Source of the DNA: an uncultured Acidobacteriota bacterium
Lineage (GTDB): Bacteria; Acidobacteriota; Terriglobia; UBA7540
Assembly (NCBI GenBank): GCA_963804995.1
Contig: CAWDSK010000009.1
Coordinates: forward strand, 160,001 to 224,000
Reading direction: 5' to 3'
DNA: 64,000 nt
The notes under the pieces were generated by a model. The model was not told where the DNA came from. It did no database searches and saw only the letters and a program-made list of their open reading frames with translations. A program made the translations under genes and the position numbers. Shown here one piece after another: positions 36,118 through 44,763 of this stretch. The stretch's first letter is position 1. Every line of letters begins with the position of its first letter.

Positions 36118-37287
36118 ATGCGATTCGAATTTGCGACGGCAACCCGCATCCTGTTTGGCGAAGGCGTCGTGCGCGAAGTAGCGCCGGCGGTGAAGGCGTG
36201 GGGGCGCCGGGCGCTGCTGGTAACGGGGCGGGCGCGGGAGCGTTCCGAGCCCTTGCTGGCGGATTTGCATTCGGCCGGTATCGCCGCCAGCACCTTCTCC
36301 GCCGCGGGCGAACCGACGGTTGAGATGATTCGCCGCGGCGTGGAGCAGGCGCGCGACGAGCAATGTGGTGTGGTAATTGCGCTCGGCGGAGGCAGCTCGA
36401 TTGACGCGGGAAAGGCCATTGCGGCGCTGCTCACAAACCCCGGCGCGCTGCTGGATTACCTGGAAGTGGTGGGCAGCGGGAAGCCGCTGGAAAATCCCGC
36501 CGCGCCGTTCATCGCTGTGCCCACCACGGCGGGGACAGGCTCCGAGGTGACGCGCAACGCCGTGTTAGGAGTGCCCGAGCGCCGGGTGAAGGTGAGCCTG
36601 CGCAGCCCGCTGATGCTGGCGCGACTGGCGGTGGTCGATCCCGAACTGACCGTCGGCCTGCCGCCTGCCATCACCGCCTACACGGGGCTTGACGCGCTGA
36701 CCCAGTTGATTGAGGCCTACGTCTCCATCCGCGCCAACCCTCTGACCGATGGATTCTGCCTGCAAGGAATCCGCTGTGCCGCCCGTTCGCTGCGGCGAGT
36801 CTTTCACGAGGGTCGCGATATTGCGGCGCGCCGGGACATGTCGCTCGCGGCCTTGTTCAGCGGATTGTCGCTAGCGAACGCGGGCCTGGGTGTCGTGCAT
36901 GGATTCGCGGGGCCACTGGGGGGAAGGGTTGCGGCTCCGCACGGAGCGATTTGCGCAGCGATTCTGCCGCAGGGAATGGCGATGAACCTTCGCGCCCTCC
37001 GCGCCCGCGCGCCCCAAAGCGAAGCACTGCGCCGATACGAGCAGGTGGCGCGCCTCCTGACCAGGCGACCGGAAGCTACGGCCGACGACGGCGTCCGCTG
37101 GGCGCGGGAGACTTGCCGGGAGCTTCAGGTTCCGCCCTTGGCCGCCTACGGGGTCGGCGCCGAGGATGTTCCGGAACTTATTCGCGAGGCGCAGAAAGCG
37201 AGCAGCATGAAAGGAAATCCCCTAGCGCTCGAGCCAGAGGAATTGACAGAAATCGTGCTGCGGTCGCTGAAGGGCAGTGATGAATGA
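36118..37287 (+). CDS. Iron-containing alcohol dehydrogenase
   Basis: GGGSSID.GK, PTTAGTGSE, DALTQ, VHG and PHG motifs. Confidence 0.92.
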   Translation: MRFEFATATRILFGEGVVREVAPAVKAWGRRALLVTGRARERSEPLLADLHSAGIAASTFSAAGEPTVEMIRRGVEQARDEQCGVVIALGGGSSIDAGKAIAALLTNPGALLDYLEVVGSGKPLENPAAPFIAVPTTAGTGSEVTRNAVLGVPERRVKVSLRSPLMLARLAVVDPELTVGLPPAITAYTGLDALTQLIEAYVSIRANPLTDGFCLQGIRCAARSLRRVFHEGRDIAARRDMSLAALFSGLSLANAGLGVVHGFAGPLGGRVAAPHGAICAAILPQGMAMNLRALRARAPQSEALRRYEQVARLLTRRPEATADDGVRWARETCRELQVPPLAAYGVGAEDVPELIREAQKASSMKGNPLALEPEELTEIVLRSLKGSDE

Positions 37288-37334
37288 TGAGTTACGAGTG
37301 ACGAGCCGGTAGCGCAGCGCGGCGAAGACGCAAG

Positions 37335-37861
37335 GGCAAGGCAAAAGGCAAAGTGCAAAATGCAAAAGTCAAAGCCGCGTTTGCCACACCCATTTGAATT
37401 CATAGCCCTCGCCGAGGGGAGAGGGTGGCGCGCTGCCGGCGTTCTCACCAGCCGGAGCGCGACGGGTGAGGGGTTACTCTGCTACTCAGGGCCCCGCAAT
37501 TCCCCTCATCTCGGCCGTCGAATCTGCCGATAACCGTAGCGGGGAAGTGTGTCACGCGCGGGCTAGGGTGTCGGCGCTTCCCGCCATGGATTTTGGTTTC
37601 TTCTGGCCACTAACCACTCGTCACTGGCCACTGCTTTTGAAGTGTGTCACGCTAGGGTTTGGCCGTCAGTGCTGGTTGCCTTCTCGCCGTGGGTTTTGGT
37701 TTCTTCTCGCCACTAGCCACTCGTCACTAGCCACTGCTTTTGAAGTGTGTCACGGCGAGGTCAAGGGTCGGTATATGGGTTGAGTTCCGATCACCCGATC
37801 ATCCGATCTCCCGATGCCTCTAAATTCCCCTCATCTCGGCCGTCGAACCCGCCGATAACCG
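37335..37861. repeat. Composite repeat cluster (heptamer runs, CCCTC-type REP, ~40-bp and ~60-bp direct repeats)
   Basis: AATTCCCCTCATCTCGGCCGTCGAA at 37498 and 37823; TTTTGGTTTCTTCT...GAAGTGTGTCACG at about 37591 and 37693. Confidence 0.7.
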
Positions 37862-38012
37862 ATACGGGGGAGTGTCGGGGGACCCACGAGGGGGGGCTGG
37901 CGTTTCATCGTTGCCGGCTGCGATGGAGAGCCGCCCTTGAGGGCGGCACACCGTAGCGGCGGCGGCATTCATCCCGACCCGATCGGGACGCTGCCATGGC
38001 GAGGTGAACTCA

Positions 38013-38138
38013 CGGCTGTCCAAGGTGTTCGGAGGCAGCGCGGAAACCTGGCTCACGCAGCAGGCGCACTACGACCCTGCACAGGTTCGCGCCGACCGCA
38101 TCAAGCTCAAGCGGCTGGAATTGCGTTTGTCATCGTAG
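38013..38138 (+). pseudogene. C-terminal remnant of a HigA-family antitoxin
   Basis: Translates as RLSKVFGGSAETWLTQQAHYD...RIKLKRL; no start codon or HTH N-terminus. Confidence 0.7.
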
Positions 38139-38217
38139 GGAAAGCCTACGGCAAGAAGAATGTTGACCGCTAACGCCTTGTCGGCTGCGGGTCAGGCTGC
38201 GGGACGGGCCGAGGGTG

Positions 38218-38822
<605 letters not shown>

Positions 38823-38848
38823 TTAACACTAGAGCGCCGGAAAATGCC

Positions 38849-38971
38849 ATGGCGACCTTGACATGCGCTACCCTCGACGTCCAAAAGGCGTTTGGCAGTG
38901 GAAGGGCCGTTAACGACGCCTTACGCCTGGTCATCGAGCTGCGCAAGGTGGGAAGTTACAAGCAATCGTAA
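38849..38971 (+). pseudogene. Remnant of a small BrnA-like antitoxin-type gene
   Basis: 'DVQKAFGSGRAVNDALRLVI' resembles the DV..AF....AVN.ALR motif; N-terminus missing. Confidence 0.45.
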
Positions 38972-39038
38972 TGCGGACCTTTCTTGGAGGTCTGCGGGAC
39001 TTGGGCACGGGCGGTGAAAAGAACCTCTGAATATCCCT

Positions 39039-40007
39039 TTAGGGGAAAAACTCCTTCTTGACCTTTTGGTATCTGGACGCGGCTATAAACATTCGTTCAA
39101 GCTGCGCATAGGAACGAAAATGGTATTTTCCCTTACAGCCATTATACGGCTTCTTGGCAACTTCTCGGTTATAACGAGAGTGTTCGTCATCTCGCGCCAC
39201 TATAACGAATTTTGCGTCGATCTTGATAACCTGAAACATTCGATGCAGGGCCAGGGTTATTTTCGTTGAGTTTTGGACTTCGAAAAAAAACTCGGGCATG
39301 CCTTCCTTCAACCAGATGACGTTAATATTCTTCGCTGATTGCATCGTTCCAGAAGGTGCGAAGGGCTCAAGTTTCTGTACCGATGCTCTGGCTTCAAGTT
39401 TCTCCCCTCTGAATCTATGTGCTGGATGAGCTGTATAGGTTTCATAGTCTTGCATAACGCCCAACGATATAAGAGCTGCTTCTGCCGCTTCGTGACTGTC
39501 AATCCGTATGTTGAGGTCATCGCCGCTGATCCCAAGCAGCGAATCCCTCCGGTCTTCGAGGTCACGCGTGGTGGTGGTTTCAAGGAGGCCGTAGTCTAGC
39601 AGCTCTTGTGTCCAACGTCCTGCCTTCGCGAGGGTGGCAAGTATCCCGGCCTTTACCATTCCCAGAGCATTGAATTGTTCCTCGCTGATTTGTGGTAAGA
39701 GATATCGACCTATTTTCACGTAGTAGTAGATACTCCGCACAGAGAAGGCCTGGCGAGTCTCACGAATCTTATCCATCCATTCTGTGAACATCGAGGACCC
39801 AAGGACCTTTGTCTTTCCCGGAGCCTGCTCAAATGCTTCATTAATCCTCCCCAACGACAATGCTGCCTGATACTGTTTCCCAGGCCGAACGCCTCGAAAG
39901 TCTGGGCTGTACATGTCCAGTAGTTTCTGTTCAATTTCTTCAATGGAGGCCGAGTTCGGTTTCGTGTTTTCCATGCATTCCGCCACAGGGTAAATCGGAA
40001 TCGTCAT
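39039..40007 (-). CDS. Hypothetical protein: helical N-domain plus restriction-endonuclease-like C-domain
   Basis: Lower-GC 322-aa ORF; 'INVIW...FFFEVQNST' resembles the IDVIW...FEVEHST PD-(D/E)xK-like motif. Confidence 0.6.
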   Translation of the reverse strand: MTIPIYPVAECMENTKPNSASIEEIEQKLLDMYSPDFRGVRPGKQYQAALSLGRINEAFEQAPGKTKVLGSSMFTEWMDKIRETRQAFSVRSIYYYVKIGRYLLPQISEEQFNALGMVKAGILATLAKAGRWTQELLDYGLLETTTTRDLEDRRDSLLGISGDDLNIRIDSHEAAEAALISLGVMQDYETYTAHPAHRFRGEKLEARASVQKLEPFAPSGTMQSAKNINVIWLKEGMPEFFFEVQNSTKITLALHRMFQVIKIDAKFVIVARDDEHSRYNREVAKKPYNGCKGKYHFRSYAQLERMFIAASRYQKVKKEFFP

Positions 40008-40225
40008 TGAAGGCAGCCTTTACAGCCATGTCTGCAGTACTGTTTACTACCACTGGCACAGGGAACAGTATTTCCTCATCAGTTAGATCAGCTAATTCCT
40101 CGGACATAAACGAGGCAGAGCGTAATCATGGTCAGTAGAAACTTTGTGTGTCCCTCGATTTTCGTTTTCTCCTCCGGATTGACAGTGGTGATAGCATACC
40201 AGAAATCTAAGAGAACCGACTGACG

Positions 40226-41131
40226 ATGAACGAAGATCGCAAGCGCGGTGCGCAAGACAAGAGGGTGACGAAAACGGAGTACGAAGTTGCGCTCTGGAAG
40301 GCCCACATAGACAGACTCCGTGCAAACGCAGCATACTGCCGCGAGCCGGGGGAGGATATCCCCTCATCCAGTGATTATCTTGAGCCCTGCGAGAGCGGTG
40401 ATTCTTTTCACGAAGAAATGAAAAAGCTGAGTGCGGCTGGGGACCGGGCTTTTCACGATGCAAGTCTGAGAGTGCAGAAGCGGGTTGAGGCTCTGGAGGA
40501 GATGAAGGCTCACATAAGGGAGCTCAAGATCAGTTACCTGAAAGAGCATCTCCGGTATTTGGATGACTTCGGGAAGCTTGACCCGGCCGATCCGCAGTAC
40601 AATGCAAAGCGGAAATCGCTGGTTCAGAAAATCAAACAGGTCCACGAAGCGTATTCGGCGCTCGGCCCTCTCTCCAAACATAGACGCAGGTGCAGACAGG
40701 GGAATAACATGGTAAAGATCAAGGAGCCCTCCAAGAAGTTTTTGCTGAATCTTCCCGTGTCCCACAAAGAGCGGTTGGAGATGCTGATGATTGGCAGATT
40801 TGACCATCTGTCGGAGTATTTGCGGTATCTGGTTCGGCAGGAAATCCAACGTCATGGGACGCCACCAGCAGCAGGTGGCCCCTCAAACGACGCGCTATCT
40901 ACGGTCGGGATGAAGTCTATGCCTGATTGTGCCGACATTAGAGTGGATGGGAAGTTTGTCGGCAACACTCCCTCTAGCGTTCGATTAGTGCCCGGGGATC
41001 ACAAAATTACTATCGAAAAGTCGGGATTCAAGCCTTGGGAACGGACCGTGACCGTAAGCCCTGGTGCAGCAGTAACGATAAGTCCCACGCTTGAAAAATT
41101 GCCGAATCCCGTTTCCTCTGAGTCCGCCTAG
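40226..41131 (+). CDS. Mosaic hypothetical protein with C-terminal PEGA domain
   Basis: C-terminal 'ADIRVDGKFVGNTPSSVRLVPGDHKITIEKSGFKPW' is PEGA-like; internal RHH-like segment. Confidence 0.55.
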   Translation: MNEDRKRGAQDKRVTKTEYEVALWKAHIDRLRANAAYCREPGEDIPSSSDYLEPCESGDSFHEEMKKLSAAGDRAFHDASLRVQKRVEALEEMKAHIRELKISYLKEHLRYLDDFGKLDPADPQYNAKRKSLVQKIKQVHEAYSALGPLSKHRRRCRQGNNMVKIKEPSKKFLLNLPVSHKERLEMLMIGRFDHLSEYLRYLVRQEIQRHGTPPAAGGPSNDALSTVGMKSMPDCADIRVDGKFVGNTPSSVRLVPGDHKITIEKSGFKPWERTVTVSPGAAVTISPTLEKLPNPVSSESA

Positions 41132-41326
41132 GTAAGCAATGCCAGGGGAATTTCTCGGGGGTGGCGCATAGCTTTCCACGTATGCGCTCAGACAACACAC
41201 GCAACCTCTTTATCCACGAGTCTTAACGATGGACTGTCCTGGCTTCTTAACGGTCGCCGACATGAAAGGCAATGTCGGTGCCGCCCACAGGCAGGCGGCA
41301 GAGCTTCAAGTACCCAGATTCTGTCC

Positions 41327-41545
41327 CTAAAACGGGCGATGCTCGCGAACGAGGTCGTAGCGGATCTTAGTTTCCTGTCCGCCTTTCAGTTTAGTGAGCA
41401 CCGTGGGCCAACTGTTGAGCCAGCCAACGATAATGCGGCTGTCGTCGTTGCTGTACCGTACTTTCAGCCATAGCAATTCGCTGTCCCCTGTCTCGTCGTC
41501 CGTGAATTCAGCCCTCACGCGGTCACTGGGTTTGTATGCGGGCAA
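41327..41545 (-). CDS. Small hypothetical protein (weakly DUF2314-like)
   Basis: 'F.D....E.LW.KV......I.G.L.S.P' pattern; 72 aa. Confidence 0.45.
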   Translation of the reverse strand: MPAYKPSDRVRAEFTDDETGDSELLWLKVRYSNDDSRIIVGWLNSWPTVLTKLKGGQETKIRYDLVREHRPF

Positions 41546-41548
41546 TCA

Positions 41549-41833
41549 TCACCTCCTGATGTTGCTTTTCTCGGGCGGCTTGGCGGCGCGCAGCGCGTTA
41601 AGAAATGCCTCGCTCGCGCCTGCGGCCTTGAGGCTTTGGATAAAATCCTCTGCCGGGGCGAAATCAATCCCGCGCTGCTCGATCAGCTTCGCGCCCGACT
41701 CATCGCCCAACCCGTCCCACACCAGACCTTCGACCTGCTCCCGCGTAAAGGGCTTCTGCTGTGCCCTCACGGGCAGGGTCAGAATCATGGGTAGGACGAG
41801 GAGGAGCAGGAATAGTCGGGGCCGCATGGGCAC
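41549..41833 (-). CDS. Short secreted protein, probably a truncated N-terminal domain
   Basis: Signal peptide ending VRA-QQ, then a short helical domain 'GLGDESGAKLIEQRGIDF'. Confidence 0.5.
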   Translation of the reverse strand: MPMRPRLFLLLLVLPMILTLPVRAQQKPFTREQVEGLVWDGLGDESGAKLIEQRGIDFAPAEDFIQSLKAAGASEAFLNALRAAKPPEKSNIRR

Positions 41834-42256
41834 CTCCCGAAAGTGGGGATCGAACGAGGTGGGGGCAATCTACCATGGTAGGTTCTCTGATTCCCGCACT
41901 GGCACGCTGATAAAGGGTAGAGTCTCCTCCTCATAAGAGACTCGGCTTTTTCGCTAGCGCACGCCGAAGCGAAGTCCGCGTTCCCCCGGAAAAACAGTGA
42001 CAAGTGGCGAGTGGCGAGCAGAGCCCCTCACTTAAGAACAGTGGCTAGTGGTTAGTGGCTAGTGACGAGCGTGGCCCCCTCTCCCCGGCCGGGGAGAGGG
42101 GGAAGGAGTTTGGTAGCGCAAGGCCCGCGGTCCGGTCCGCCGATCTTAATGGCGGACGGTTCTTCCAGCGGCGCGGGATAAATCTGCGCTCGTAGGGGCA
42201 GGCCTCGGTCTGCGGCAGCCTGCCGCCAAGGAAGTTTCATGGGAGAACCCACCCGC

Positions 42257-42302
42257 TTGCCTATTTACGCAATATGCGTAATAATTTACGCAATATGCGT
42301 AA
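42257..42302 (+). promoter_or_regulatory. Putative promoter with two palindromic operators
   Basis: TTGCCT as -35 and a TAATAAT -10 region; TTACGCA-ATA-TGCGTAA occurs twice with 21-bp period. Confidence 0.7.
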
Positions 42303-42897
42303 CAATGCGACATTGGAGGCGCTTTTTCCGAAGACTCGGCAGGGGGTTCTGGCCGCGACCCTAACCCAGCCGGAGAAGTGGTGGTATCTCTCGGAGCTCG
42401 CCCGGTTCCTCGGCACCACGCCTTCCAGCCTGCAGCGCGAGCTATCGGCGCTCGTTGACACGGGCATCCTGGAACAGAGACGGGAAGGTACCCGGGTTTA
42501 TTTCAGGGCTCAAAGGCACTCCCCCATCTACCGCGAGTTGCGGGGAATCATCGCCAAGACCGCCGGGATCATTCCCGTCGTTCGGACCGTTCTGGCGCCC
42601 TTGGGCCGAAAGATCCTCTGCGCCTTCGTCTACGGATCAGTGGCTCGGGCCGAGGAGCACGCCACCAGTGACATCGACTTGATGGTCATCGGCCAAGTGG
42701 GTCTCTTGGAATTGACCCCGGCGCTCCGTAAGGCTGAGCAAGCTCTGGGCCGCGACTTGAATGCCACCACGTATTCAGTCAATGAATTTCGTGGCAAGGT
42801 TGAGAGGAACGACCATTTTTTGGCCGCAGTATTGAAGCGCCCCAAGCAATTTGTCAAAGGAACTAAACGTGAGCTGGACGCAATTATTAGCCAATAA
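42295..42897 (+). CDS. wHTH plus minimal nucleotidyltransferase (MNT-type antitoxin)
   Basis: N-terminal HTH 'LSELARFLGTTPSSLQREL'; NTase motif YGSVAR...SDIDLMV. Confidence 0.88.
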   Translation: MRNNATLEALFPKTRQGVLAATLTQPEKWWYLSELARFLGTTPSSLQRELSALVDTGILEQRREGTRVYFRAQRHSPIYRELRGIIAKTAGIIPVVRTVLAPLGRKILCAFVYGSVARAEEHATSDIDLMVIGQVGLLELTPALRKAEQALGRDLNATTYSVNEFRGKVERNDHFLAAVLKRPKQFVKGTKRELDAIISQ

Positions 42898-43315
42898 AGA
42901 CGCCCAAAAGCACACCACCTCGAAAGCGGAGTTGGACAACATGCGGGAGCTGATTGCCCGCGACCTGGCAGACGCCGCCGTGGCGCGACTCTCTGCGGAT
43001 CGCCGGTTCGCTACCGCCTACAACGCGGCACTCCAGGCGGCAAACATGGCAGTCGCCTGCGCTGGCTACCGAATTACCGCCAAGATTGGGCACCACAAGG
43101 TCTCTCTTGAGAGCGCCGCGCTGGCACTCGGAAAGGGGGCCGCAAGCCTTACAGATTATTTCGAGACTTGCCGGCGCAAGCGCAATCAGATCGACTACAC
43201 GCATTCCCATGTAGCAACGGATACGGAAGCAAAAGAAATCGTAGCGAAAGCAAAAGAGTTCCACGAGTTGGTTGAGAGCTGGATTTCAAAGAATCACCCC
43301 AAGTTCGTGAAATGA
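42869..43315 (+). CDS. HEPN-like toxin
   Basis: 'AYNAALQA', 'GHH' and 'RRKRNQIDY' pattern; overlaps the MNT gene. Confidence 0.75.
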   Translation: MSWTQLLANKDAQKHTTSKAELDNMRELIARDLADAAVARLSADRRFATAYNAALQAANMAVACAGYRITAKIGHHKVSLESAALALGKGAASLTDYFETCRRKRNQIDYTHSHVATDTEAKEIVAKAKEFHELVESWISKNHPKFVK

Positions 43316-43334
43316 CCGCAGGTCGTAGCTGAAA

Positions 43335-43812
43335 GTAGCACAGGCACTCCAGCCTGTGAATGCGGCGTGAGGTTCGAGCGTAACGACCCAGCCAGGAGTG
43401 GTTGTGCCACAGCTACGGTTTGGCCGGCTGGCGCAGCGCGAGCGCAGCTCGGCTTTTGTAGCGTGGGTGTCCCCACCCGCGTATTCGCAAGAACAATCGC
43501 GGGTGGAGACACCCGCGCTACAACTGGTCCATCGTCATGCCGGACGAATCGTTCCGAGAATAGAATCGGAAGCTTGTTCACAAGATCGGGATTGGAATAT
43601 CGCCGGGCAGGGTCAGACACGGGAATCGCAGGGCTGGGCTCGGTCGGCGCCAGCCGGCCAGGATCGTAGGTCGCCCTTTCGGGGCTCAGGCGGCGAAATG
43701 GTTTGAGCCGCTGGGCTCAGGATGTTGGCCCACCATTAAGATCGGCGGACCTTCGGCCTGGCCTGTGTTAGATAGCTCCCTAGGGGGCCCGACTGCGGCT
43801 CAGCCGCTCTAC
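43335..43812. repeat. Cluster of GTAG/CTAC REP-like palindromes
   Basis: For example GTAGCGTGGGTGTCCCCACCCGCG...CGCGGGTGGAGACACCCGCGCTAC; a segment at 43624-43659 recurs inverted at about 49300-49336. Confidence 0.65.
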
Positions 43813-43842
43813 GTTTGAATCCTCTTGACCTGTCCCCACACC

Positions 43843-44325
43843 TCAGCCTGCGAGCGGTGAGTCCGTGGAGGCAGCGTTAGTGGTCGGATTCACACGGATC
43901 ACTCCGGATTGATCGGTGAGGTAGTACATGGTCCCCATGAAACTGCTCTCCGGATTGGCGTTGAAAGAGTAGCTGGTAATCCGGCCGGACGTATCGGGTG
44001 CCGCAGAAGAGTAAACAAAACTATATCCGCTCTTCAAACCCTGGGCGAGGACGCTGTCAAGCAGACCCGCCGCCGTGGAGGTGGGACCGGCCCCCACCGC
44101 GGGCGGACCCAGAACGGTAAGATTCGGGCTGTACCCCGTACCATAGGTGACGGAATAGGTTGCCTCAGCCGTGTTCATGGTACGCAAGGATTCCACGGCA
44201 GACGACTGGTTTGCCGCGATCCGTGAGCGCATGAAGCTGGGAATGGCGATCGCGGCGATAATCAGGATAACCGCGACCACGATTAAGAGCTCAATCAGTG
44301 AAAAACCTCTGGGACACTTGCTCAT
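43843..44325 (-). CDS. Type IV pilin-like protein, copy 1
   Basis: Class III signal G-FSLIELLIVVAVILIIAAIAIP. Confidence 0.92.
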   Translation of the reverse strand: MSKCPRGFSLIELLIVVAVILIIAAIAIPSFMRSRIAANQSSAVESLRTMNTAEATYSVTYGTGYSPNLTVLGPPAVGAGPTSTAAGLLDSVLAQGLKSGYSFVYSSAAPDTSGRITSYSFNANPESSFMGTMYYLTDQSGVIRVNPTTNAASTDSPLAG

Positions 44326-44763
44326 CGAATCCTCCTCGGCTATCCAGGCTTCCCGCGATAGCCTGAAATGGTTACCTCTTCGCTGTTAGCGACGCGCGAC
44401 GGAGCCCTCCGTAAACCAGCTTGGTCCAAGTATCCCTGTGTGATTTTTACAAGATTAGCGCTTAATTAAAGAGGGGTCAATCTCTAACCGTGGCTCACCT
44501 TATGGTCAGGTTCCTTCTTTGAACCCAGGTCGGCGTCACCAAGAAGTGCGTAATCCGGCAGCAGGCTGGCGCCCGGCAGCGCCCGCTTGCTGATGCCATA
44601 TTTGTAGCCTCGCGACTAATTGTAAAGAAGTGGGACATGTCCCACATGTTGCTCTCCGCGCACCATAGCGCGCGAGGTCCCACCAACTTTCCCACCTTCA
44701 TACGTTTTTTTCCTATGACTTTTGATCAGCAGTTCCGCCGCGCTATTCTACCGGCCAGAATGA

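Noticed and set aside
37498..37861. Direct repeats spaced about 100 bp apart, superficially CRISPR-like
   Set aside because: Only 2-3 degenerate units of unequal length built from heptamer/REP sequence, and no cas genes in the window.
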